A stretch of 63,957 bases of DNA, counting the filler, from Collodictyon triciliatum (taxonomy: Eukaryota), in assembly GCA_043381765.1 (NCBI GenBank). It is 15 parts of 15 records of this genome, joined end to end, with 100 filler letters (N's around TTAATTAATTAA, not from the genome) between each part and the next. Parts side by side here need not be neighbours in the genome. Positions count along the whole stretch, not along the records: positions 30,807 to 37,297 come from JBHJMP010006264.1; positions 37,398 to 40,489 come from JBHJMP010006265.1; positions 40,590 to 42,887 come from JBHJMP010006268.1; 12 more parts are not named here. One strand, written 5' to 3'. The position numbers and the translations under genes are program-made. The notes beneath the pieces were generated by a model. That model had not been told where the DNA came from. It saw only the letters and a program-made list of their open reading frames with translations, and made no database searches. Below, piece after piece: positions 31,000 to 42,987 of this stretch. Within the stretch, counting starts at the first letter, position 1. Each line of letters opens with the position of its first letter.

Positions 31000-32490
31000 T
31001 ACTAGATGGGCTACAACCCAGTCTTTCGATTGGTAAACTTGGTGCGCTAGTATCCAAGGTCTCACCACTTTTTTCACAAAGGTCATGTGGTGCTGGAGGC
31101 TGCCAGGAAAGACCCAACAGCCTGTTTTTTTAGAGAAAGGTGTATGCATATTTTGAAGGATTGAAAGAACTTTGTTGAGTATATCATTAGCGCTGTTAAA
31201 GTTCCTTATCAAGAATACAGTTTGTTCGCTTTCTGAGCGATTACATTCTTTACATATGACACATCTATACACCTTTTTTTTTTTATGTTTGCTTTCAATA
31301 TTATATATTCCAGTTCTTTTTCGCAGTTGCAGCACTTCTTAGAGGTTCTAAATTCATCTACACGAACTGTTTCAAAACGTTTGGTTAGTATTTTTTGTAA
31401 TCCTCTTCCGATTGTTGGCTTAGAATGTTTCATCTGAGATTTTCTGCTCCAGTCTCCATACGTCACTACAACATCCTTGCCAAATGTCTTTTCGATTCGG
31501 TCCATAAAGAATTCTTCGCTTCTTTTTGTATTAACATAATGTCTCCATCTCATCTTTCGAAAACTTACGTGTTCATAAAATCTGGATAAATCTATCTGGT
31601 ATATTGATTTCATAGATACATATTTTCGATTTTTTTTTTTCATAAACGACCGTGCATGAATTATGTTTACTCAGTTCTGTCTCTAAATCGATTAAAGATA
31701 CTCTTGATGTCTCAAACTGCTGATTCCCTTCAAAAGTCATGTGATCAAAAGAAATAGCTCTTTGTAAATCTGTTGCCGTGAATATCTTCCTACATGCGAG
31801 TCGATAGCTAGAGCTCGTTCTGTCTACTTTTTTCTTTCCCTTTATTATTTGTTTCAAAGAGCTCGTTCCGCTTTATTATTAGGTTGTTGTACTCACGGGT
31901 CGGTGGCAGCTGGCGCCTTGATCGTCAGTGTGTCTCTGTGCATAACCTGTGTGGTTAAGTGATGTGGTCAAGTGATCTTTTCGCTCTCTGCGTTGGCTGC
32001 GTCGGCCTTCCCGGTTTGCGTACGGTCAGTGAGCATTCCATGGGGCAGGGCTGTGGCGTCGGCATTCTGGTAGACGGTCTCCTCCTTCTCAGGTTCGCTC
32101 TTTCCGATCGCTTGCGTGTTTTTTTTTTTTGTTTTCTTTTCCGGCTTCAGAACTGGTGGGTTGGGAGAAGAAGGAGGGAACGCCAGTGGAGTAGTATTAT
32201 ACTCTGTAGGATGTGTCCTTTTTTTTCTCTCTCAGTGTGTGTATTGTTTCTCTGCAATGAAGATATCTTGTTTGTTTGGTTTTTTTTTTATTGTTCCTCT
32301 CAAGTCTGTCTCTCTCAGTCCGATCACAACATTTATTCACACTATGGAGCCTAAAAAATTATGGAATCAATAACTATATAATATAGAGTTAAAGATTCCA
32401 CAAAAATATATCAAAAGTTTTGGCTTGGATCTGAACGTGTTGTTATAACCACAAATTATTAACAATCAAACAAACCCTGCAAATTAAAAA
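31000..32490 (-). mobile_element. Fanzor-associated element, copy 1 (internally deleted, non-autonomous)
   Basis: 31022-31786 is homologous to 47849-48607. From 31783 the homology switches to 50607 onward, and 31850-32490 matches 25485-26180. Confidence 0.8.
31130..31786 (-). pseudogene. Fanzor1 (TnpB-like RNA-guided endonuclease), C-terminal fragment, frameshifted
   Basis: FRKMRWRHYVNTKRSE..TYGDWSRKSQMKH.KPTIGRGL..VDEFRTSKKCCNC..VYRCVICKEC..RNFNSANDIL, i.e. RuvC-II Glu motif, Zn finger and RuvC-III region; frameshifts fall in poly-A runs. Confidence 0.9.
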
Positions 32491-33624
32491 ATGAGCTGTA
32501 AAAAACAAAATATAGTAATATATTAATATAGGCGTAAATATATATATTATATTATTATCCACATTAAGATATAGTTTGGAATTTGAAAATTCGATTATTC
32601 GAACTTTTTTTTTTTATGCTCGAGTATTGTTGCAGTTTTGTGTGGCGCAACAGTTCGGTAGCTGCACCCTAAACAAAAAGTAAAAACAAAGTAAAAAAAA
32701 AAGTTAAAAAAAGTAAAAAAANNNNNNNNNNNNNNNNNNNNNNNNNNNNNNNNNNNNNNNNNNNNNNNNNNNNNNNNNNNNNNNNNNNNNNNNNNNNNNN
32801 NNNNNNNNNNNNNNNNNNNNNNNNNNNNNNNNNNNNNNNNNNNNNNNNNNNNNNNNNNNNNNNNNNNNNNNNNNNNNNNNNNNNNNNNNNNNNNNNNNNN
32901 NNNNNNNNNNNNNNNNNNNNNNNNNNNNNNNNNNNNNNNNNNNNNNNNNNNNNNNNNNNNNNNNNNNNNNNNNNNNNNNNNNNNNNNNNNNNNNNNNNTA
33001 ATTAAAAACGGAAAAAAAAGAGAAAAAAGAGAAAAAAGAGAAAAAAGAGAAAAAAGAGAAAAAAGAGAAAAAAGAGAAAAAAGAGAAAAAAAGCGAGAAA
33101 GAGAAAAAAGAGAAAAAAGAGAAAAAAGAGAAAAAAGAGAAAAAGAGAAAAAAGAGAAAAAAGAGAAAAAAGAGAAAAAAGAGAAAAAAGCGAGAAAGAG
33201 AGAAAGATAGAGAAAGATAGAGAAAGATAGAGAAAGATAGAGGAAGATAGAGAAAGATAGAGAAAGATAGAGAAAGATAGAGAAAGATAGAGAAAGATAG
33301 AGAAAGATAGAGAAAGATAGAGAAAGATAGAGAAAGAGAAAAGAAAAAATGCTTGAGACTTATAGAGAGAAGAAAGAAAAAAACGGTCCTGGGGCAACTC
33401 CGTCATTTCGTTTTTTTTTTCAAGGAACTCTTGCCATTTTACTCTCATTTATTTCATAAGCCTTTACTTTTTGATTTGATTCGGTTTGTTTTGTTTTTGT
33501 TATATAGCAGTCGACTGTTCGAGTGAACAGACCTAAAACTACTACTAACAAGAGAACTGCCAATGTTCATGTGCTCTTGCGTAGGCATTAAAGAACAAAC
33601 ACATTGGAGATATTGTAGCGCAGG

Positions 33625-34771
33625 ATGACGGTCCGAATCATTTGTGGAACCTTTGAACAACAGCTTTTCGGACTTCTTTACAATCCGCAGGAGAAAACCG
33701 CCCGAACCGAATTTACTAGTGCAACGCACCTTGGGAGTGTCCTGTCACTTGCTGTTCGAGAAAATATTCTGGTGTCTGGAAGCGTGGGGAATAGCATAAA
33801 GTGCCTATTGCTATTGCCTCTTTTTGTTTTTTTCTTTTTCTTTTTGTTTTTCTTTTTGTTTTTGTTTTTGTTTTTGTTTTTGTTTTTCTTTTATTTTTAT
33901 TTTTTGTTCTGTTCTGTTCTGTTTTGTTTTGTTTTGTTTTGTTTTGTTTTGTTTTGTTTTGTTTTGTTTTGTTTTGTTTTGTTTTGTTTTGTTTTGTTTT
34001 GTTTTGTTTTGTTTTGTTTATTTTGTTTCAATTCACGCGAAATGACGTTTGACTAAATGCGACACATTCGCGGATAGGATATTGAATTTGAAAGATTTGA
34101 ATGAGTCTGGGTTTTTGAACTGCCACGAAGGTAAATGATATAATTGTCCTTTATCTACGTATGTTTCCGTCAATTCATTTATTTTCTTATTTATTTAATG
34201 ATAGGATCGATAACCTGCGTGCAGTTTCATGCAAAATCTCATCTTATTTGTGGCTCATCTGACTCAAAAATATCGTTCTGGAGAACAAAAGATTGGGGGA
34301 ACTTACTCACTGTGCGAGCCCATAAGTAATTAATTAAGATGCAATCATATGTATTTTGCATTGATTTAATATATTAAGCATACCAATGATACGATTGTGT
34401 AAATGGAAACGTGAAAGGTCCAAATCTTTCCATTTGTCCAAAGTCTATTCCAAACCACCGAATGATACAACTACAAAATTGCCTTGTTTATGGCCAAAAC
34501 CTACGTCGAATTATTGAAAAGAAAAGAAAAGAAAAGAAAAGAAAAGAAAAGAAAAGAAAAGAAAAGAAAAGAAAAGAGAGAGAAAATAAACCAAAACAAT
34601 TAATATAAAAATTACTGGTTTCTTTTTAGGGATGGAGTGAACAGTGTCGCTATCCATCCTAGTGGCAGAATTGCTGTCTCGACAGGACGCGATAGTTTCA
34701 TTCGACTATGGGATTTGATGTCTGGTCGACTCGCGCAGGCGATGAAACTTCCGAAAGGTGCGTTCACGGAG

Positions 34772-34846
<75 letters not shown>

Positions 34847-35011
34847 GTTATTGTTATTTTTGCAAGTATAAGTTGAATTGGTATCTTCCGATGGAATTAT
34901 TCGCATTTCCTCACCACAGAATTTATAGAATCTGAGTTTGTAGCTTGGTCGCCTAGTGGAGATACCTATGCTTACATAATGGGCTCTAATATTTGTGTGC
35001 AGCGCGCCTCT
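33625..35011 (+). CDS. PAK1IP1: WD40 ribosome-biogenesis factor PAK1IP1/Mak11, N-terminal part
   Basis: MTVRIICGTFEQQLFG, HLGSVLSLAV..LVSGS, HEGSITCVQF..HLICGSSDSKISFWRTKDW, AHKDGVNSVAIHPSGRIAVSTGRDSFIRLWDLMSGR. Confidence 0.85.
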
Positions 35012-36106
35012 GTATTTATTTAAATAGAATCCTACATGTCATCTTATGGATATCAAAAAAACTATATAAGAAAATGTAATAATATAAACAACAATAACAA
35101 TACTAACAATACTAACAGTAATAACAGTAATAACAGTAATAACAGTAATAACAGTAATAACAGTAATAACAGTAATAACAGTAATAACAATAATAACAAT
35201 AACAATAATAATAACAATAATAATAACAATAATAATAACAATAATAATAACAATAATAATAACAATAATAATAACAATAACAGACTTTCACGTCTCCATC
35301 ACAANNNNNNNNNNNNNNNNNNNNNNNNNNNNNNNNNNNNNNNNNNNNNNNNNNNNNNNNNNNNNNNNNNNNNNNNNNNNNNNNNNNNNNNNNNNNNNNN
35401 NNNNNNNNNNNNNNNNNNNNNNNNNNNNNNNNNNNNNNNNNNNNNNNNNNNNNNNNNNNNNNNNNNNNNNNNNNNNNNNNNNNNNNNNNNNNNNNNNNNN
35501 NNNNNNNNNNNNNNNNNNNNNNNNNNNNNNNNNNNNNNNNNNNNNNNNNNNNNNNNNNNNNNNNNNNNNNNNNNNNNNNNNNNNNNNNNNNNNNNNNNNN
35601 NNNNNNNNNNNNNNNNNNNNNNNNNNNNNNNNNNNNNNNNNNNNNNNNNNNNNNNNNNNNNNNNNNNNNNNNNNNNNNNNNNNNNNNNNNNNNNNNNNNN
35701 NNNNNNNNNNNNNNNNNNNNNNNNNNNNNNNNNNNNNNNNNNNNNNNNNNNNNNNNNNNNNNNNNNNNNNNNNNNNNNNNNNNNNNNNNNNNNNNNNNNN
35801 NNNNNNNNNNNNNNNNNNNNNNNNNNNNNTTTTGGGCACTGTTTTCTCCAATTTTTTTTTTTGCTATTTTCTCCAATTTTTTCTACATTCAATGTGAGGT
35901 CTGCGATGTGGTGATAATTATGAAGCATATTATAAGAAATAAGGTTAATGATTAGTGGAAAATAATCCTTAGTAAAGCAATTCAGACGATGCTCATAACC
36001 GATTTCTCCCATCTTAAGTCTCTTGTGCTTCTGTTGAGCATCCTATTCTTATTTATCAGTACAATACTTTACAAATTTATTAGCCTTTTATATACCTCCT
36101 TTTAGA

Positions 36107-37190
36107 GACTTTATCGGCATCTCTCGAAGGAGGTTTTCCGGATGAACCTTGATGATGGTGATTTTGACCAAGAGGTCTCTCGGGTCAACACACAAAAGCG
36201 TTAGTATTTCCTCAAAGACTTTTCCTTATCAATGCGATGTGCTTATCCTCGGCCTTTTCGTAGGTTCTCCTCTCTCGTATCTGTACACTCACCACTGCTT
36301 AATTAGTTACCACAGGAGCCGTCCATCATGTGGAGTTTCGACTGCCGCGTGGTTCTGGAGCCGTATCAAAAAAAAAGGCGCTTCCCTCGCCTTCTGAGTT
36401 ATTCACTCCGTCGCCTGATGTAACCAAAATTCTTGTTTTCCTCTGAATAATTGAATCTTGTGCAAAATTTCAGATAACTAGTCCATTATAAAATGCAATT
36501 TGTTCGTACTTCCAATTTCAAGTGAGAACTCCGATTCTCTTAACCCATATGCATTCTTTAGATGATTGGAGGATCTGACACCCAGTTTCTTGGTAGTCTT
36601 GGTGCAAGACCGCTTAGTCATAAACTAAAATCCATCTCTCCCATGGAGAGGAGCTTCTCGCGCTCGTCCGACTTACCCAGTTATGTTCCATCGTCTAAGC
36701 GCCAAGATATGGTCCCTCCTGCTACAATAGAGGATATTTCTGTAACCCCCTTGCCACCGTCGCGCCCACAAAGCCGAGAAGAAGCACTCCGCGAATGGCA
36801 GATGATCAATGAGGAAAGGTACTGTTTTGCTTCCTTTTCATTCACCGGGAATACCACGAAACAAAATGTATTTTGTTCATCTGGGCTGTTGAGAATGTAT
36901 TTATATCTGAGGCTCCCAGCTTCAATTTGAAATTTCAAAAATAGGATGCACACAGTGTACATTTTTTCTCTTTATTCGATAGGATGCACACAATTGATAA
37001 ATAACAAAGACTCATTTATCCATCGACCAAGACGAAGATGTACAGACACACAATCAAGACATTCATCACTAAACTGATTACCACAAATGAAATCGATAGA
37101 AACTCTACCTACCAAAGAGCTATGATTGCAGCATTCAATAGCATATCTCGCCAGCGACTACCATCTCCATCACTTGGAAGCAGATGTCTT
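36107..37190 (+). CDS. Internal exons of an unidentified protein
   Basis: GT-AG bounded open exons, e.g. 36562-36818 MIGGSDTQFLGSLGARP..SREEALREWQMINEER; no family recognised. Confidence 0.35.
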
Positions 37191-37955
37191 TTTTTTTTTA
37201 AAATAATAATCACAATAATAATCATAATAATAATCATAATAATAATCATAATAATAATCATAATAATAATCATAATAATAATCATAATAATAATCATNNN
37301 NNNNNNNNNNNNNNNNNNNNNNNNNNNNNNNNNNNNNNNNNTTAATTAATTAANNNNNNNNNNNNNNNNNNNNNNNNNNNNNNNNNNNNNNNNNNNNAGA
37401 TAATAAAAAAAGATAATAAAAAAAGATAATAAAAAAAGATAATAAAAAAAGATAATAAAAAAAGATAATAAAAAAAGATAATAAAAAAAGATAATAAAAA
37501 AAAGATAATAAAAAAAAGATAATAAAAAAAAGATAATAAAAAGATAATAAAAAAAGATAAAAAAAAAGATAAAAAAGATAAAAAAAAGATAAAAAAAAGA
37601 TAAAAAAAAAGATAATAAAAAAAAGATAACAAAAAAAGATAATAAAAAATATATGTGGAATTACAAGGTGACGACGATCGGAATTCATACCTAGGTTATT
37701 ACTGAGTATAGCAGATGAAGAGAAAGGAAAAAAATAATAAAAAGGAAATGAACCAAGAGGATGGCTTGAGTTTGAGGTGATTGAGTGTAATGAGCCAATC
37801 TGTTTATTTCATTTCTTTTTCCTTTATTTTAAAAAGAAAATAGAGGAAAAGAAGAAAAAAAGAGAAACAGAAAGAGGAAAGAATGCGATAGCAGAGGAGA
37901 AGAAGAGGTAGTTGAGGGTAGAGAATAAAGAAGAGAGAAAAAGAGAGAAATGTTG

Positions 37956-40335
37956 TCAAATCTGCTTCATGGGAGAGCCAGCAGTGTCTGAGGGTTGTGG
38001 GACTCTTCGTTTCTTGATAGCAACAAAGGAGGCGGCACCAATGGCTGAGGCACCGACGGCAATACCACCAGCGACGAGGCCGGTGTTGAGGGCGCTATCA
38101 AAGAAGGCTTCGGAGTCTGCAGCTGGGTCAGCGGGGGCTTGAGGGCTGAAGGGGCGTTGACTGGGGCCACCACCACCGCCGCTGCCGGAGGCCGGGAGAG
38201 GGGCCGGATTGACGATGCCGATGACGGCGGTTGCGGTGGGAGGGTAGAGGATGCCGTCCTTGACAGGATGGGCAGCGAGGAGACGGCCGAGCCAGTCGGT
38301 GAGGACAACGTTGGGGGCGGCCGGGTCGTCGGGGGCGGCGAGGAGGGGCCCGACAAGGAGGTCGATGCCGCCGTTGGAGTCTGCTTGGAAGAGGGAGCGC
38401 TCGGAGGCGGGGGGCGACGGAGACGGGCCCGGGTACGGGGGCGGGAAGGCGATTGTGCGGAGGAGGGCGTCGGGGGCGGCGTTTGCGGCGTCGAGGGTGC
38501 GGGTGCCGTGGGTGTAGACGCGGAACTGGTAGAGGGTGTCTGGGGCTGCGTCGACGAGGATGCGGGCAAAGAGGGCGCGGGTGGTGGTGTTTGTGACGAG
38601 GTGGACGGCGCCGGTGAGGGGCGGGGACGCGAGGGTGGGGCCGAAGACGGCGACGCCGTGGGTGGCGGAGGCGTTGCCCTGCGCGATGCGGGTGTTTGGG
38701 ACGGCGGCGGCGGCCTCTGCCGGGGTGCGGTAGTCGGAGCGGCCGATGACGCACTGGGCCAGGCGGGGGCCGGCGTTGCCTGCGGGCTGCGAGAGGCCGT
38801 CGTCCGGGTTGAGGTGGACGACAACGGCGCGGCCGAGCACGGAGGTGGGGCCGGAGAGGCGCAGGCGCGGGTTGTCGGAGACGACGGTGAGGCGGGCGGC
38901 GGTGGCGGCGGGGGCGTCGGGGCGCAGGTCGGGCAGGTCGCCGACGTGGCCGGGGGCGGGGTAGAGCGCGTGGGGGTGGGCGGCGGGGTCGTAGTGCAGG
39001 CCGGTGCGCTGGGCGGCGGCGGGGTCGAGCAGGTCGCCGTACGTGTGGACGTGGAAGCCGTGCGTGTGGTTGGGCGCGGCGCTGAGCCCGGTCACGTCCA
39101 CGGCGACGCTTGCGGCACAGTCGAACTCGTCGGTGGCGTTGAGCCAGACAGACCCGCGCACGGGCAGCGCCGCGGCGAGGCCGGCATCGGTCGGGGCCAG
39201 CAGGCAGTGCGCGCGCGGCGGGACGGAGCGGGGCTGCAGCACGCTGTGCGCCGCGTGGACCGCAGGGTCGACCAGCCCGACGACGCATGCGGCAAGCACC
39301 GTGTCAGCACCCGCGCCGGGGCCCGTGCGGTGGAGCGCAAGCGCCCGGCCCAGCAGCGCGTTGAGCGCAAAGACGCTGCCGTCCACCGCCCAGGCCTGGA
39401 CGCGTGCGCCGCGGCAGTTTGTGCGCAGCGAGGCCAGCGGGGCGGGCGTGGTTGCGTTGCCCAGCGCCGCGGCACTGGCCAGGTCGCCGTAGCGGTGCGG
39501 GCGCAGCACATAGTCGGCGTCGGCCGCAAGCCCCGAGACGCGCACGGCCACGTGCAGGCGCCCCAGCACGTCGTTGGCCAGCTGCACCGTCCCGTTGACG
39601 CGCGCCCCGGGCTCGGCCGGATCGTCCACGGGCGCGGCCCCTGCGAGCGGCTGCAGCTGGCACGGGCGCCGCCGCAGCGTCGTTGGGCACCCCCGCGGCC
39701 TCGGTGTTGGCCACGCCGATCACGCACTGCGCAAAGCGGCCCCCGGCGTTGCCCGTGTCTGTGGCCCGGTCGAACGTGTCCGGCAGCTGATGCACCACCG
39801 CCGCGCGCCCCACCACGCTGCCCACCGTCCCGTCCAGCGCCACGTAGCGGCTGCGCGACCCCTGCGACGGCCCCGCGTACTCCCCCGCCCCGTCCCCAGC
39901 CACGTTGCCCAGATCCCCGTTGTGCGGCCGCGGATTCTCGTCGTCCGGGCTGCCGTGCCGCGCCCCGTCGCTGCCCGCCCCCACCGCAAAGTGGCCCCGC
40001 GTAAACAGCCCTGCGTGCGTGTCCGTCACGTCCCCGTACTGGTGCACGTGCAGCCCCCGCTGCTGCCCCGCCCCCAGCCCCCGCAGCGCAAGCTCGATCC
40101 CCGTCGTGTTCGCCCCTCCGTCCTGCTCAAAGTACACCGTCCCGCTCACCGTCCCTTGGCTCCCCCCGACTCCACTCATGTGGCACACCCCCCGCCGCAC
40201 CACACCCCCCACCCCACCGCACGTCGCCCACACCAGAACCGCAACCATCCCCACGGTCGCCAGCGTGCGCCTCGCCTGGCTGCGCCTGGCCGCACCGCCC
40301 TTGCTCTTGGCCCTCAGCGTGTCCTCTCCTCTCAT
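37956..40335 (-). CDS. Intronless type-I membrane protein with four tandem Cu/Zn-superoxide-dismutase domains (apparent frameshift near 39660)
   Basis: Domain 1: GLHVHQYGD..GHF..RHG..PHNGDLGN..GRAAVVH..GNAGGRFAQCVIG. Domain 3: GFHVHTYGD..LHY..PHA..GHVGDL..GRAVVVH..GNAGPRLAQCVIG. Domains 2 and 4 are degenerate. N-terminal hydrophobic segment; C-terminal TM GLVAGGIAVGASAIGAASFVAI followed by KKRR. Confidence 0.85.
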
Positions 40336-40445
40336 TCCTGGCCGGCGTTTTCTTCCCCTTATCTTCTCTCTAGAGGTTTTTTTTTTCTATTTGATTTGAT
40401 TTGATTTGAATTGATTTTTTTTTTTTATTTTTAAAAAAAAAAAAG

Positions 40446-40489
<44 letters not shown>

Positions 40490-41058
40490 NNNNNNNNNNN
40501 NNNNNNNNNNNNNNNNNNNNNNNNNNNNNNNNNTTAATTAATTAANNNNNNNNNNNNNNNNNNNNNNNNNNNNNNNNNNNNNNNNNNNNGAGGTATACGG
40601 GCTTGCTTCCAGCTTTTGACTATCGGCGGGTCTATAATGCCTATAGTTTCGGCCCAACGACTCATCTTCTCCGGTTTGTAGGGATTCGGACTTATGATTG
40701 ACCTCCTAGTTATATGAATGAAATTCACTCTTCATTCCCACAACCAATATCAACTAAAGAAACTATTTACATGGATAATGAAACAATTAAGTATAGCAGT
40801 GAACAACTATGTCTTAATCCAAATCATGAGAGAGCTATGTTGCTTGATACAGGGGATGATTTGGGCACTTTCAAATTTATTGATTGCTACAATAACCCAA
40901 ATGTATCCAAATCATATTCCAAAAAGAAGCATTGGGAAGAAAAGAGATCATATTTGATGGGTTCGAGTAGGCAAGGAGATAGTTTGAAAAAGTCTCCCAA
41001 ATTTGTAATTAAGTTTGTCAGTGGAGAGACGAATTTAATGAAAAACTCATAGAAAAAA

Positions 41059-41847
41059 ATGGGCTATTCTCAGTCTGGAGGAATACTAATATCTGAAGTA
41101 TCTAATCTTGGAAGAAGCCATGATTTATCAATTTTGGGCTCCAAACCGAGTGCACAGATTGCAGTCATTGATTATACTAATAGTGGAGTCATGAGGGCGG
41201 ACCCTAAGGATACGATTTTCAACCTGGATAACGGTACTAATACATATATTTCTAATGTTTAAATGGCTTGTTATGATAGAACACACAAAATAATTCCTCA
41301 ATAAATTAATTTATGGGGGGTTTTCTGGTAACCTTTGTGGTGTGAAAAGGAATAATTATTACTGTAATTCTCATTGAAGAAAATAGACCAATCAATACCC
41401 ATATACATATATATTCATTTTGAAATGTATCTTCCTCCATTTTTTGTATATTTAGATCAAAAATTTTTCACTGGGTCCTCTATTATAAAGGCGAAACGTC
41501 GGCGCCCCATAAATGGGTTCATGGCCTTCGTTTCTCACTTCAGAAATGTAAAGCATCAAGAAGGACTGGAGTTCGATAACAAAGAATTTCTTAGGGAAAT
41601 GTCAAGGAAATGGAGAGAACTCCCGCTGGATATTCAACGCAAGTATCGCGACATTGGACAGACCCTAACCTTATCTAGAAATGAAGAAATCGAGCTTGGT
41701 AGAAAAGGATGTATGCCAACAAAAGCCCCCATCCAACTAGAGTATTGTATTGGATATGATAAAATTCCTAATGCGTTTGTTTGGTCACCTGCTAGACAAC
41801 CATTATTACCTGACTCTCAATTTGACGAGAAATCTCATCCTGGGTAG
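41059..41847 (+). CDS. Single HMG-box protein (sequence-specific SOX/MATA/MAT-alpha-like class); exons 41059-41233 and 41456-41847
   Basis: KRRRPINGFMAFVSHFR..DNKEFLREMSRKWRELPLDIQRKY; a phase-1 GT-AG intron joins the two ORFs in frame. Confidence 0.75.
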
Positions 41848-42521
41848 TAGTTTCCCCCAATTTTATGTTATGGATTCATCGGTCTAGTAAGAATATTCTC
41901 TAGGCTTCCCATAGTAAGGACAAAAAAGATCACGCATTTCAATCAAATTCACATAAATCAGATACGTGGATTACTCACACCAGGAAATAAAAACTAAAGT
42001 TGGGTCTCTCATTTAATAAATATTTCTATAGACTTTCCGACTCAATTAGGGGTGTGTTTTCCAGAGTTGCACTCATCCGGGGATTTTTTTTTCTATACCT
42101 AAATTTTGCTGAGTTTGCCTCTTTAGGATTATTCTTATATTTTGTCTTTTGCACACACGCTCCCCTATTTAACTCATGTTACATTTAAATTCAATATTAG
42201 CTTCATTTTTACAGCGTTATCATAGTTCTTTTATGGGGGTTGAGTTCGTTCAATGCTTCTTATTTGATATTCCATCATATAGTCTGTCAATAAGGTTGAA
42301 TTATATTGTCCTCTTCGATGCCTCTATCTCTATCTTTATCATCACCTTTTTGTACTATTGCTTTCTTAGAAATAAAAATCAAGGGAATAATAGTGTAGCA
42401 TGAAGGATAAAAACTTCGATTGTCTTTTTTAAACATCATGTGCTCAAAAATGAGCTGGAGACGACCAGAGACCAGTTAGACTTGAGGCTGTCTTCAAAAG
42501 TCACTTGGCGTATTTCCAAAC

Positions 42522-42611
<90 letters not shown>

Positions 42612-42987
42612 CATGAAAAGCTTATGTCTTAAAGAGAACAAGACATCGATAAAATGGACTGCATCTCTATGCAAAAACCTGGCGCCTGAAAGAACCAGTC
42701 GCTTCGTCTCAGCACATTGAAAATGTCGCAATAGAAACATATCCAAGGCTTCACTCCTCTCTTACTCCGCACAACAAGGTATCTTCAAGGTTGGATAGCA
42801 GAATTCTTTTTTTTTTATTTTGTCAAGAGTTTGAAAGCAGTCGGAAAGTCAACATGAGACCAGTCTTTAAGGATGAAAATGCGATGANNNNNNNNNNNNN
42901 NNNNNNNNNNNNNNNNNNNNNNNNNNNNNNNTTAATTAATTAANNNNNNNNNNNNNNNNNNNNNNNNNNNNNNNNNNNNNNNNNNNN

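Noticed and set aside
37967-40404. Long overlapping alternative-frame and antisense ORFs (e.g. 38139-40004 +)
   Set aside because: Shadow ORFs caused by stop-codon scarcity in very GC-rich SOD coding DNA.
42454-42713. Possible MITE: GCTGGAGACGA / TCGTCTCAGC inverted match around a poly-A tract
   Set aside because: Only about 10 imperfect bases, with no TSD and no second copy seen.
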